Shown here piece by piece: positions 51,030 to 64,000 of a stretch of 64,000 bases of DNA; position 1 is the stretch's first letter; every line of letters begins with the position of its first letter. The notes under the pieces were generated by a model. That model was not told the DNA's origin. It saw only the letters and a list, made by a program, of their open reading frames with translations, and ran no database searches. This DNA is from Eledone cirrhosa (lineage: Eukaryota). The stretch covers positions 210,180,001 to 210,244,000 of the forward strand of contig OZ024742.1 in assembly GCA_964016885.1 (NCBI GenBank), given 5' to 3'. The position numbers and the translations under genes were made by a program.

Positions 51030-51205
51030 GGGTCTCCTGGTGGTTGAGTTTTTCCCATTCTGGAGTTCTCGCCAGTATTCACTTATCCTTTCTCCTATGC
51101 TACGGGCTGTTTTACCTATGTATGTTATATTCTTATTCCTACACTGTCCCTCAGTACATCTTATGCTATATACTACGTTCCTAGTTTTGCAGTTAATTTG
51201 CAGGT
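51030..51205 (-). mobile_element. older GIY-YIG fragment of PLE family 1
   Basis: INCKTRNVVYSIRCTEGQCRNKNITYIGKTARSIGERI, compared with INCKTRNVVYSIRCTEGTCRNTTTTYIGETARSIGERI in the full ORF. Confidence 0.85.
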
Positions 51206-51386
51206 TAGTTTGCAAACTATGTATTCCCTATAGGCACAGGAGGATCTTTGAAATGCGTAAAACTCTTCAGTACTCCACCAACATATCAAAATAGGGGCAC
51301 ATTAGAGAACATAGAGAAAAAAATGATATCCACACACAGAAAAACTCTATTTTCGAGTTAATTTGTTTATATATATATATTATCTA

Positions 51387-51486
<100 letters not shown>

Positions 51487-51492
51487 GTATAT

Positions 51493-53215
<1,723 letters not shown>

Positions 53216-53331
53216 AATTGCCATGCTATATCATTTTGATGGATGTCATCCCACTGTGGATCAATATGTGCATATGTTTTTATATGCCTCTTGTGTTGAA
53301 AAAGATGTCAAGTATGTTATAGATCACTAAA

Positions 53332-53386
53332 TAGTTGCTCCGAAGAATCCAAACCTCGGTTTGGAGGAAACAATTGTAAGCAACTA
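53332..53386 (+). ncRNA. type I hammerhead motif, CCGAAGA core variant (within pseudo-LTR fragment 53211-53425)
   Basis: 8-bp stem I TAGTTGCT/AGCAACTA, 7-bp stem II TCCAAAC/GTTTGGA, palindromic stem III ACAATTGT and a GUA cleavage triplet. Confidence 0.78.
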
Positions 53387-54027
53387 AATGATTTAAACTG
53401 AACTTTGATTATTGTAATCTCTCTCTCTATATATATATATAAATGAAAAGTATAGAAATTATTATGAGCAAAAAGCACATAGTATTTCATAATATATAAG
53501 TGACTATAGCGTCAACATGGGAAAATAGTTAACGTAAGATGTGGGGAAAATAATTCAAACTCAATTCAAAAAGAATCAGGATATAGATTCATCCAATAGA
53601 ATTTAGTGAAATCCAGGGAAAAATCAATAGAGCCTTAACTCATGATAAAATAAAGTTTAAAATACTCATCTTTCAATTTGGAAAAACTACAAATGCTCTG
53701 TATAGTCTTGAAAAGACTATTTCATGAAACTTTCAGTGGGGATGGTCACGGTTGGATTCGATCATCAGCAGAGCTCAACACGATAACTAAAATCTCACTG
53801 ATTATAATATGCCAAAAAGGGAATTTAAAAGCAGGCTAGTTCAACATCATGCGTAATTATGAAAATAAAACGCACATGTGGAGACAGGGCTGGTGACGTC
53901 AGAATGAGACGAATGTTTGTTTACATAAAATAACAGTCAAAAACATTCCGAAAAACTCTACAATAAGGAGTTCAGCAAAAAGCAATATTATCGCGATAGA
54001 AGTGGTTACACAACAGTTAGTTCACCA

Positions 54028-54070
54028 TACCGAGAACAATTGTTTCACCTTAGCGGATCCTCAGCTCGTA
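54028..54070 (-). ncRNA. minimal type I hammerhead motif
   Basis: The reverse complement reads TACGAG-CTGAGGA-T-CC gctaa GG-T-GAAACAATTGT-T-CTCGGTA. Confidence 0.7.
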
Positions 54071-54132
54071 AAATTGCAAGTTTGAAGAACTATTAGATAA
54101 AATATATATAGTATTTCATCTGTGACTATGTC

Positions 54133-54203
<71 letters not shown>

Positions 54204-54208
<5 letters not shown>

Positions 54209-54243
54209 AACAGGTAAGACCCCGGGGTCTTACCTGTTCCTAT
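54204..54243. repeat. perfect 40-bp palindrome at the edge of a short insert within (TA)n
   Basis: ATAGGAACAGGTAAGACCCC|GGGGTCTTACCTGTTCCTAT. Confidence 0.95.
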
Positions 54244-54319
54244 TACCCACTCTACTACCCTAAGTATTGAGTACTTTGGTGCGTTATGGTCCACCTGGTT
54301 CCTTACCACATTTCCTTCG

Positions 54320-54368
<49 letters not shown>

Positions 54369-55056
54369 AATTAATATAAATTAATATATGATAAACACTA
54401 ATACAATTATATAAGTGTTTGTATTGCAAATGACCAAGTTAGCTAGATTGAAAAATACTAATTAAATTAATACAGTTTGCCTGTCTCGATTTAAAATAAT
54501 AAATCAATAAAAACAAACCCATATTGGCAATACCCGTGATACCTGGACAAATTTAAATTTCAAAACTCAGATCTGTTTCGCAGACAAATTTAAATTTCAA
54601 AACTCAAATCCGTTTCGCAACGATAAGTGAAAATTCCATTTCTGTGCTCTTCTGCAGGTATCCAGAAATTGGTATGTTTCACCTCAAAATACTTAGGAGG
54701 ACTGAGAGAAAAGTGTTGAATGCACATGGTTTCTCAGCGCCTAGCCAGTCCTATACTCGTGCCGCTAGAAATAACAGCCGTTTTTATGGGACTAAAATTT
54801 AGCTCAACAAAAGGAAGGTTAATCATATATTAAAAGGTATCTATTTATTTGTTACCTAACTTGCTATGCGTGGTTACACGCTTGTAAAAATTATCTCATG
54901 TGATTATTCATGTTTATATATGTTAATCAATTTCTAGTTATTATAAAATGCTCGGACCTATCTTTGAGCTTATTTCCGGGCGATATGGCGCACGCCGTTA
55001 TGGCATGACACCCACAATTTCGATTTGGATTAAATTCATTTAATTTATCTTAATTT

Positions 55057-55093
<37 letters not shown>

Positions 55094-56854
55094 ATATTTG
55101 GGGAGGGTCATATTTGCGTAATATTGCCAGAATTAATAACAGAACACACTCACTGTTTGGTTGGTTTTCGCTTCTCGCTGTCTTTTATATATATATATCT
55201 GCGATCTAGCTTACTCGGTCCTCAATGTTGCCATTGACTGACCGGCGGTCAAAAATAATACAGATACAATATAGACAAACACATATATATATAGTTTACA
55301 TAAATCTTTCGTTGCACATCTGCAACATCGTCAGTGGTGTTATATTCATTGTTCCTCCTGTTGTGTTGTATGTCTACGCCATTTTTTTTGTTCAGTCTGT
55401 CTATATATTTATTTATTTATTTGCTTGTTTGTTTATCTTATTTTATTTTGTCTTCTTTGCGCATGCGTTTGCGTGTGTGTATAGTGTTATGTGTGATGTG
55501 TGATGTGTGACTAGTGTGTATAGTGTTGTCTGCTGGGTGACTAGTGTGTGTTTATGTGCTTGTGTATGTATTTATTTATCTTATTTTATTTAATTTAATT
55601 TACTTATTTATTTATACTTCTCTTAGGTCAGTGTTGTTTGTTTGGGTGTTGTTGTTGTTCCACTCATTCTTTCTGTTTAGCTTTGGTCTTCTAATTTCTA
55701 TTTCACTGGCCTCTCTGATTTGCCTATCTGCTGGGTCATTCCTATGTTTAGATATTATTCTAATTTCTATGTTGTCTATGTTACCGTCATGATGTTGTCT
55801 AGCATGTTCGTATAGTACTGACCCGTTTTTTCGTCCTTTTAGTTCCCCCCAGTGTTGGTCTATCCTTTCACCTATGCTACGAGCTGTCTCACCTATGTAT
55901 GTTGTTGTCGTGTTTCTGCAAGTACCCTCTGTACATCTTATGCTATAGACTACGTTTCTAGTTTTACAGTTTATCCGGGGGTTCACCTTACATATGATAC
56001 ATTTCCTATTGGTACAGTGGGTTTTCTTAAAAGGGTAGGTTTTGCTGATCAGGGATTTTATGGTGGTTCCTGGCTTTTCTACCACCTTTATTTTTAAGTG
56101 GGTCTTTCTCAGGGCCTTTCTACACTGGTTAGCTAATTTCCCTCCAGGGGTGGCGTCCACAAACATGACACTCTGATATCTCTGGTTGTCGTACCATGAT
56201 GTGGCCTTCCCTATCTTATGTCTAGCCCTATCTAAGCTATTCCATGATTTGCTCCTGTATAGTGGGCAAATTCCTTTCATGTCCAGTTCTATGAGGGTCT
56301 TATACTTTTCCATGGCTCCTTCGTATACTCTGACTCTGTCTCTTTGGTTGTAGCCAGAGAACTGCATGCGGTTGATGAAGTGTTGGATGTGTCTAGACAA
56401 CATCATGACGGTAACATAGACAACATAGAAATTAGAATAATATCTAAACATAGGAATGACCCAGCAGATAGGCAAATCAGAGAGGCCAGTGAAATAGAAA
56501 TTAGAAGACCAAAGCTAAACAGAAAGAATGAGTGGAACAACAACAACACCCAAACAAACAACACTGACCTAAGAGAAGTATAAATAAATAAGTAAATTAA
56601 ATTAAATAAAATAAGATAAATAAATACATACACAAGCACATAAACACACACTAGTCACCCAGCAGACAACACTATACACACTAGTCACACATCACACATC
56701 ACACATAACACTATACACACACGCAAACGCATGCGCAAAGAAGACAAAATAAAATAAGATAAACAAACAAGCAAATAAATAAATAAATATATAGACAGAC
56801 TGAACAAAAAAAATGGCGTAGACATACAACACAACAGGAGGAACAATGAATATA

Positions 56855-56900
56855 ACACCACTGACGATGTTGCAGATGTGCAACGAAAGATTTATGTAAA
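56855..56900 (+). ncRNA. hammerhead-like motif in the 5' pseudo-LTR (matching copies at 60985-61030 and, inverted, 55295-55340)
   Basis: CA-CTGACGA-T-GTTGCA gatg TGCAAC-GAAAGATTT-A-TG. The core and stem II are clear, and stem III AGATTT is self-complementary with G-U pairs, but stem I is only about 2 bp locally. Confidence 0.6.
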
Positions 56901-57005
56901 CTATATATATATGTGTTTGTCTATATTGTATCTGTATTATTTTTGACCGCCGGTCAGTCAATGGCAACATTGAGGACCGAGTAAGCTAGATCGCAGATAT
57001 ATATA

Positions 57006-57013
57006 TATAAAAG
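57006..57013 (+). promoter_or_regulatory. candidate TATA box in the pseudo-LTR
   Basis: TATAAAAG lies 78 nt before the ATG, with an Inr-like CAGT about 34 nt downstream. It is kept in the diverged copy near 53013. Confidence 0.35.
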
Positions 57014-57083
57014 ACAGCGAGAAGCGAAAACCAACCAAACAGTGAGTGTGTTCTGTTATTAATTCTGGCAATATTACGCAAAT

Positions 57084-60000
57084 ATGACCCTCCCCAAATA
57101 TAACAATATCTGTTTCGACACACGATTTCATATAAAAAACCTCGCAAAACTAATTCATCGCCGCTATGGCATTAGCTTGTGCCAAGCTGAAAGGTTATTG
57201 AAAGACACTGTTTTCTGTTATATAAAAACTACAATAACAACAGAACAAATCCGCTTCTTAAAACACTGTGTTTCCTCCAAAACATACACAACAAACATAT
57301 CAAAACAAGTAAATAATTTATTATTGAACAAAACACAAGCTGAACGGCTAAAACACACAATAACAGTTAATATGAAAAGAACAACATACACAAAAGTCAA
57401 CGCACTCTACAGACAAAAACGCATCAACGGTAAGGAAATCCGAAATCTCATCACAGCAAACGAGAGAGATGACTTCATGAGCGTCATCCGACGCGAAACG
57501 AAATATGCTCAAAACGAATGCTGTAGGCATTTCAAGAAGAAATTAGAATGGATGAATAAGAAAAAACTACAAGAAAGGAAAATCGAATATTCTCAAAAAT
57601 ACCCAGATAACATCGACAACATCCGTATGAGTGATGTAAAACTACCGGAAGAATTTACCAATGACCACACAGTAAATATCTATGGGAACACTTTAATCAG
57701 TGAACAAGAACAACAAATCCTAAAGTTACCACCAAAATTTGCCATCTACAAAAAAATTAATCCTATGGAATGCAAAACGGAGCTGGAAAAGTGTTTCACA
57801 AAAATACGTTGGAATGCAAAGGTAAACAACAACAACAATAATAACGGTAGTAGTAATATAAACAATAACTCTGGGTATAGAAATAACAGCCATAACCATA
57901 ACAATGGCAGGAAAGTGAGAAATAGTGATAATGGTAATAATACTAGCGATAGACAGAACAACAACAACCACAATAATAATAATAATAGAAACGTTAACCA
58001 CAGACACAGCAACAGTGACCACAGTAGTAATAACGGTAACAATACGAACAACAACAACAACAATAACCACAGTGGTAATAATGGAAATAGTACATGTAGC
58101 AACATCAACAAAAACAAGAAACATAATAATAGTAACAACCACAATGGTAGAAATAGCAGTAACAACAACAATAACGGTGAAGTAAACAACAATACATCTA
58201 GCAATCATAACAATAATAATATTAATGCTAAGGATAGAAACAACAACAACCACCATGATAACAATAATAGCAACACACACAACTATGACGATAGAAATAA
58301 CGACAACCCCTTAGAGAAACTATTTTTCAACCCAGCTGACAAAACATATAAGATGGGTAATATCTATCCTACGAGGTTACCCTTTAATAAAAGAGTTTGC
58401 ATACCACAACAAATAGATGACGAGACGGAGGCACAGTTCACCATAGCTAGAAATAAGATTAGACAAGTAGTAGACAGGTACACTATGAGACAGAGCAGAC
58501 CAGAGGCCCAACAACTTGGGATAAAACCTGTAGAAGGCTTGGTTAGCCTCAAGCAGCGCACAAGGGATGGTGAGGTAGTGTGTCTACCCACAGATAAGTC
58601 TGGTAGGATGTCAATAGATAGCATGCCGAACTACATCGAGGCAATGCAACCCCACATCACCAACACGAGCGAAGTTGCACAACTAACACACGATGGGAGA
58701 GAAAAAATCCTCAACGCTCACATGATGATGTGGACTGACATCCTAAAGCCAAGCAGACGCACTGCCAACAACTTCCAGGCGTCTAACAATGGCATACCAC
58801 CCTTGTATGGGCTCCGCAAAGACCACAAGACAGTCGACGACCCGACAATAGGACCACCAACAAGACCTGTATGCGGAGCTAATATAGCTAGCAACTACAG
58901 GATCTCCTACTTCCTCTCAATGGTTATACGCCCCATAATCAAGATGTCCCCAGATGTATGTGAAAGTACAGAGGACCTCCTCAGCAGAATCAGTGAGTGC
59001 AACAAAAACAGGAGCCTATCCAACTGCATAATAGGCAGCATGGATGTGGTGTCACTGTACCCATCCATTAACATTGATTTTGCTGTGAAAAGATGTGTGG
59101 AGATGATCATTGAGAGTGAGGTGGAGTTCTGCGACGTCGACACAGACGAACTGGGCCTCCTACTTAGACTTACCTACGACACTGACTACCTAGACAGCCA
59201 TGACCTTAGATGTTTCTGCCCTAGTAGACCTATAAGAGGTAGACCCCCCACCATAACCTCAATGGCTAAAAAGACTCCCATAGGAAGGTGGATTGGGTGG
59301 ACCAAAGCTATACGGGCCCCCCAAAACACTGATCAGGTAAGAAAAATGGTCGCACATGCAATAGGGGCTAGTATCAAAACTACCCTAAAGGGCCACATAT
59401 TTAAGTTCAATGAGAAAATCTACACCCAAAATGAGGGAGCAGCCATCGGCGTCAGCATAGCTGGCGATGTTGCCAACCTTTTCATGGTATGGTGGGAAAG
59501 GAGACTTAAAGATCTCCTTAATGAAAGCTCCATAGACCTCATCATGTACTCTCGTTATGTAGACGATATCAATATAGTTATAAGAACACCCCCACTAGAC
59601 AGCACTAACAAGTTTGATTTAGAACGTAGCACGATGGAAAGCATCCAGCAGATAGCTAATTCCATACACCAGAGTATAACTGTAACTATAGACTTCCCTT
59701 CCAAACACCCTAACAATAGACTACCTGTATTAGACACAGAACTCTGGATTAACACTATAGACGAGAGAGCCCAAATTCTCCACTCACACTATGCTAAACC
59801 CATGGCCTCCAAATACCTGATACTCAAAAACTCAGCAATGTCCAGTAGTGCTAAGTTTAATATTCTGATCGCAGATTTGGTACGAGTGATGAAGAATGTG
59901 TCCAGCATGTGCGACCCAACAGAAATGGAAGGACACATCCAACACTTCATCAACCGCATGCAGTTCTCTGGCTACAACCAAAGAGACAGAGTCAGAGTAT

Positions 60001-60713
60001 ACGAAGGAGCCATGGAAAAGTATAAGACCCTCATAGAACTGGACATGAAAGGAATTTGCCCACTATACAGGAGCAAATCATGGAATAGCTTAGATAGGGC
60101 TAGACATAAGATAGGGAAGGCCACATCATGGTACGACAACCAGAGATATCAGAGTGTCATGTTTGTGGACGCCACCCCTGGAGGGAAATTAGCTAACCAG
60201 TGTAGAAAGGCCCTGAGAAAGACCCACTTAAAAATAAAGGTGGTAGAAAAGCCAGGAACCACCATAAAATCCCTGATCAGCAAAACCTACCCTTTTAAGA
60301 AAACCCACTGTACCAATAGGAAATGTATCATATGTAAGGTGAACCCCCGGATAAACTGTAAAACTAGAAACGTAGTCTATAGCATAAGATGTACAGAGGG
60401 TACTTGCAGAAACACGACAACAACATACATAGGTGAGACAGCTCGTAGCATAGGTGAAAGGATAGACCAACACTGGGGGGAACTAAAAGGACGAAAAAAC
60501 GGGTCAGTACTATACGAACATGCTAGACAACATCATGACGGTAACATAGACAACATAGAAATTAGAATAATATCTAAACATAGGAATGACCCAGCAGATA
60601 GGCAAATCAGAGAGGCCAGTGAAATAGAAATTAGAAGACCAAAGCTAAACAGAAAGAATGAGTGGAACAACAACAACACCCAAACAAACAACACTGACCT
60701 AAGAGAAGTATAA
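57084..60713 (+). CDS. Penelope-like reverse transcriptase with C-terminal GIY-YIG endonuclease (1209 aa, uninterrupted)
   Basis: PTDKSG, LYGLRKDHK, TRPVC, GSMDVVSLYPSI, QNEGAAIGVSIAGDVANLFM, YSRYVDD, LPVLD, a linker C-x4-C-x2-C, and NVVYSIRC..YIGETARSIGERIDQH..EH..H..RQIREA..LN.K.E. Confidence 0.95.
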   Translation: MTLPKYNNICFDTRFHIKNLAKLIHRRYGISLCQAERLLKDTVFCYIKTTITTEQIRFLKHCVSSKTYTTNISKQVNNLLLNKTQAERLKHTITVNMKRTTYTKVNALYRQKRINGKEIRNLITANERDDFMSVIRRETKYAQNECCRHFKKKLEWMNKKKLQERKIEYSQKYPDNIDNIRMSDVKLPEEFTNDHTVNIYGNTLISEQEQQILKLPPKFAIYKKINPMECKTELEKCFTKIRWNAKVNNNNNNNGSSNINNNSGYRNNSHNHNNGRKVRNSDNGNNTSDRQNNNNHNNNNNRNVNHRHSNSDHSSNNGNNTNNNNNNNHSGNNGNSTCSNINKNKKHNNSNNHNGRNSSNNNNNGEVNNNTSSNHNNNNINAKDRNNNNHHDNNNSNTHNYDDRNNDNPLEKLFFNPADKTYKMGNIYPTRLPFNKRVCIPQQIDDETEAQFTIARNKIRQVVDRYTMRQSRPEAQQLGIKPVEGLVSLKQRTRDGEVVCLPTDKSGRMSIDSMPNYIEAMQPHITNTSEVAQLTHDGREKILNAHMMMWTDILKPSRRTANNFQASNNGIPPLYGLRKDHKTVDDPTIGPPTRPVCGANIASNYRISYFLSMVIRPIIKMSPDVCESTEDLLSRISECNKNRSLSNCIIGSMDVVSLYPSINIDFAVKRCVEMIIESEVEFCDVDTDELGLLLRLTYDTDYLDSHDLRCFCPSRPIRGRPPTITSMAKKTPIGRWIGWTKAIRAPQNTDQVRKMVAHAIGASIKTTLKGHIFKFNEKIYTQNEGAAIGVSIAGDVANLFMVWWERRLKDLLNESSIDLIMYSRYVDDINIVIRTPPLDSTNKFDLERSTMESIQQIANSIHQSITVTIDFPSKHPNNRLPVLDTELWINTIDERAQILHSHYAKPMASKYLILKNSAMSSSAKFNILIADLVRVMKNVSSMCDPTEMEGHIQHFINRMQFSGYNQRDRVRVYEGAMEKYKTLIELDMKGICPLYRSKSWNSLDRARHKIGKATSWYDNQRYQSVMFVDATPGGKLANQCRKALRKTHLKIKVVEKPGTTIKSLISKTYPFKKTHCTNRKCIICKVNPRINCKTRNVVYSIRCTEGTCRNTTTTYIGETARSIGERIDQHWGELKGRKNGSVLYEHARQHHDGNIDNIEIRIISKHRNDPADRQIREASEIEIRRPKLNRKNEWNNNNTQTNNTDLREV

Positions 60714-61293
60714 ATAAATAAGTAAATTAAATTAAATAAAATAAGATAAATAAATACATACACAAGCACATAAACACACACTAGTCACCCAGCAGACAAC
60801 ACTATACACACTAGTCACACATCACACATCACACATAACACTATACACACACGCAAACGCATGCGCAAAGAAGACAAAATAAAATAAGATAAACAAACAA
60901 GCAAATAAATAAATAAATATATAGACAGACTGAACAAAAAAAATGGCGTAGACATACAACACAACAGGAGGAACAATGAATATAACACCACTGACGATGT
61001 TGCAGATGTGCAACGAAAGATTTATGTAAACTATATATATATGTGTTTGTCTATATTGTATCTGTATTATTTTTGACCGCCGGTCAGTCAATGGCAACAT
61101 TGAGGACCGAGTAAGCTAGATCGCAGATATATATATATAAAAGACAGCGAGAAGCGAAAACCAACCAAACAGTGAGTGTGTTCTGTTATTAATTCTGGCA
61201 ATATTACGCAAATATGACCCTCCCCAAATATAACAATATCTGTTTCGACACACGATTTCATATAAAAAACCTCGCAAAACTAATTCATCGCCG

Positions 61294-61358
<65 letters not shown>

Positions 61359-62395
61359 GATAAATCTACCACTCAACGGTAGGGTCTAAACCGTATATAA
61401 AGAACTCAATGTAATCCGTATGTAGAAGATGTCGTGACGCAAAGTTTAAAATACAAACATTTTTTTATCAACGATATAATTCAATTTGATACAGAGTCAA
61501 ATAGAAATATTAAAACAATGAAATTAAACACAAAACTGTTAATTCATAGTAAAACACATTGTTTTACGATCGTTTCTGGGGGGTAGTCCTCTGCATGTTC
61601 ATTTAATTATTTAGTTCCATACTAAAAAATCTAGTCTACAATATCTCACTCAGACTATCTAAATTATCATCTAGTGACAAAATATTCTATAAAAATGCAC
61701 CTTATTATAATGAGGCTTTAATTAGAAGTGGCTATAAAGATAAAATATTTTACATACCTAACACCATGAATACCCATAGCATACAGCCAACAATAAGCAA
61801 CAAGCACCGTAGAAAACACCAAAAAGTTAGTGCCAGCAATGAAACACCGAAAAACCTAGATCCTACCATTACTCCCAATATCCACATTAACACGAATGAC
61901 ACAAATTCTCTAAAAATCATCAATCCTAACGATTCTGAATAACTTACCTAATATTATTACTACAAACCGTGCGAAAACACCTAACTCCACTACTCTTAAA
62001 AAAGCAGTTAATAATAACACCTTATATCTTAATTCTCACAATAAACCTAATGATGTATCACCTATCTCATCGAACCTTCAACATAACCAAACTACACCCT
62101 TGCAGTCCAAAAAACTAGAGAAACATATCCGATATATAACAAGAATGATACCGAAATTCCAGGTCCTATCAATAATGCTCCATTAATAAAACTCACAATA
62201 TCCTCTACAAATCAAACAAGAAGCAATAAATCAAAAACTAATACAATTCAAAAATCTACTAAACAATTTGTTCACACCCATAATAACAATCACAATATTA
62301 TAATTTTATCTGATAACAATATCTACCCTCAAACTTCTATACACACCCAATATAACAAGAGGAAACCTTTTAGAAACCATAAAAGAAATGTAACA

Positions 62396-63388
62396 TTGTA
62401 TAACGATCCATTCAACTTGAAAACTATGGGCCAAATCCCTAAAAGATTTTTTACAATTCTTGATAAACATTTCCCAACTAACCACAAATACCATCAAATC
62501 TTAAACAGAAATACAGTAAAATTTTCTTACTCCACATCGAGCAATATACAACAAAAAATAAGTGCATATAACATCTATAAATGTAAAAAAGCTCCATCTA
62601 TACCACACACATTAGCACGCCGCACACAAGATAACTATGGTAATACTACAACCCATAACCGTAATATTACTGCATACCCACCTGATAGATCCACTCACTC
62701 ACCTCACCAGCACAATATAGTAGACTACAACCAACTACCATCTTCCTCATCCTTAATAGGGACTAAGATTTACATACCCAATCTAACTAATAGCGCCCAA
62801 AGCATCCATGTCTCCATAAACGCTATATCAAGTAAAATTTCACCTACTAGCAACAATTCGGATTATAACCACCCTTCGCTCCCAAATAAAAAGGTAAACA
62901 CAAATACTAGCACTATTATTGAGAATATGAATAGCACATCTGAAACCCTATATGCAAACGGTTGTAATTGTAGAATAAAAGAAAATTGCCCCTTAAATGG
63001 AAATTGCTTAATTAATAATATAGTATATAAATGTGTAATCACCACTAAAGACTCTAATCAATCCTATATAGGATCCACTTCTAATCCATTTAAATCGAGA
63101 TTTTATGCACACACCCACAGTTTCCGGAACACAAAATTAGCAAATACTACCTCTTTGGCAGAAGCAGTTAATAATTGTAAAAAGAAGAATATTAAATATA
63201 ACCTAATTTGGAAGATTCTTAAGAGGACTATTTCTTATCAGAGCAATGGAAGGGAGTGCGGACTATGTTCCCAAGAAATTTTTGAAATTACTAAATCGAA
63301 GGACACTCTATTAAATAAAAGACAAGAATTAATTTTAGTATGTAACCATAAAATTAGAAAGGCATTCAAATATTATAAATACAACTAA
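62396..63388 (+). pseudogene. PLE linker plus GIY-YIG endonuclease fragment
   Basis: LDKHFP..NRNTVKFSYS, CNCRIKENCPLNGNCL..NIVYKC, YIGSTSNPFKSRFYAH, CGLCSQE and LLNKRQEL..CNH. Confidence 0.85.
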
Positions 63389-63601
63389 ACAAATATAGAA
63401 AAAATATAGGTGAATAAATGTGTGAGTATAGGTGTGTGTGTGAATATGTATATCTGTGTGTGTGTGAATATGTATATCTGTGTGTGTATACGTATGTATA
63501 TGCATAAATGTATGCCTATATATAAACATGAGTAACTATACATGTATATGTCAATGTATATAAATATGTCAATATTTGTTTATAAAACTGATCTATATTA
63601 T

Positions 63602-63664
63602 ATTTTATCTGATGAAAGCGCACCATAATTTGCTTTGTTGTCCTTGAAATATGTATAATGAAAT
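63602..63664 (+). ncRNA. type I hammerhead ribozyme motif (homolog of 45678-45740)
   Basis: ATTTTAT-CTGATGA-AAG...CTT-GAAATATGTAT-A-ATGAAAT. The core and stems I and III are identical to the 45.7-kb copy, and the distal stem II has diverged. Confidence 0.75.
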
Positions 63665-64000
63665 AAATATGGTTTTATAAATATAGTTTCCATTTGTTAA
63701 TATATTGTATTTTTACTCCAAAAATTTGTTGAGTACTTTATATCAGTTATAAAAATATTTGCATGTTGTATCCCAACAAATTAAATATAACTTCTACATA
63801 TATATATATATATATATATTTTTTTTTTTATATCATATATTTTTAGAACAAATTATTCCTCACAACAAAGAAATAGCTAACTTTTTAAGATTATTCTATT
63901 CCATTCTACTTGATGTAACACACTAATCTGAGCATCCCATCTCCTCCAACCGTAATCTTCTTTGACCATCAATACTTTTATATACAATATGGCTAAACTC

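Larger units (their letters stand above)
55088..61297 (+). mobile_element. full-length Penelope-like element (family 1): inverted partial copy, 5' pseudo-LTR, ORF, 3' pseudo-LTR
   Basis: 55088-56393 is the reverse complement of about 59932-61238. 56393-57167 repeats at 60523-61297 (offset 4130). Both outer ends fuse to (TA)n. Confidence 0.96.
61615..63800 (+). mobile_element. 5'-truncated Penelope-like element, family 2-related
   Basis: RLSKLSS..IF..APYYNEALIRSGY near 61650-61740, the GIY-YIG ORF 62396-63388, and a 3' end homologous to 45650-45870 that finishes at (TA)n. Confidence 0.85.

Noticed and set aside
57084-60713. Host telomerase or a selenoprotein-type PLE
   Set aside because: The C-terminal GIY-YIG, pseudo-LTRs and multiple copies show it is a transposon, and there is no in-frame TGA.

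Overview
This is a eukaryotic, AT-rich, microsatellite-dense window made almost entirely of transposable elements and their decay products. No host gene, rRNA, true tRNA or CRISPR array is supported. The SINE and microsatellite landscape resembles a coleoid cephalopod (Octopus-like) genome, which is an inference from recalled repeat families. From left to right it holds an L1/Tx1-clade LINE with a nearly intact ORF2, a 310-bp hammerhead-bearing repeat in tandem plus inverted arrangement (retrozyme-like), and decayed Tx1, R4/Dong and CR1 LINEs. These are followed by a 4.8-kb 28-bp satellite with higher-order structure, four RTE-clade LINE copies, a Gypsy gag-pro-RT fragment fused to a decayed Helitron, a solo LTR, a piggyBac-like MITE, a non-autonomous Helitron and many tRNA-derived SINEs. 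The highlight is an apparently intact, recent Penelope-like element (PLE) at 55088-61297. It has a 1209-aa RT/GIY-YIG ORF, pseudo-LTRs carrying hammerhead motifs 4130 nt apart, an inverted partial copy, (TA)n targets, an Asn-rich in-frame insertion and a long insertion at the telomerase IFD position. About 13 hammerhead-like motifs from at least 5 families occur across the window. All structures were read by eye, and element boundaries are approximate unless stated otherwise.
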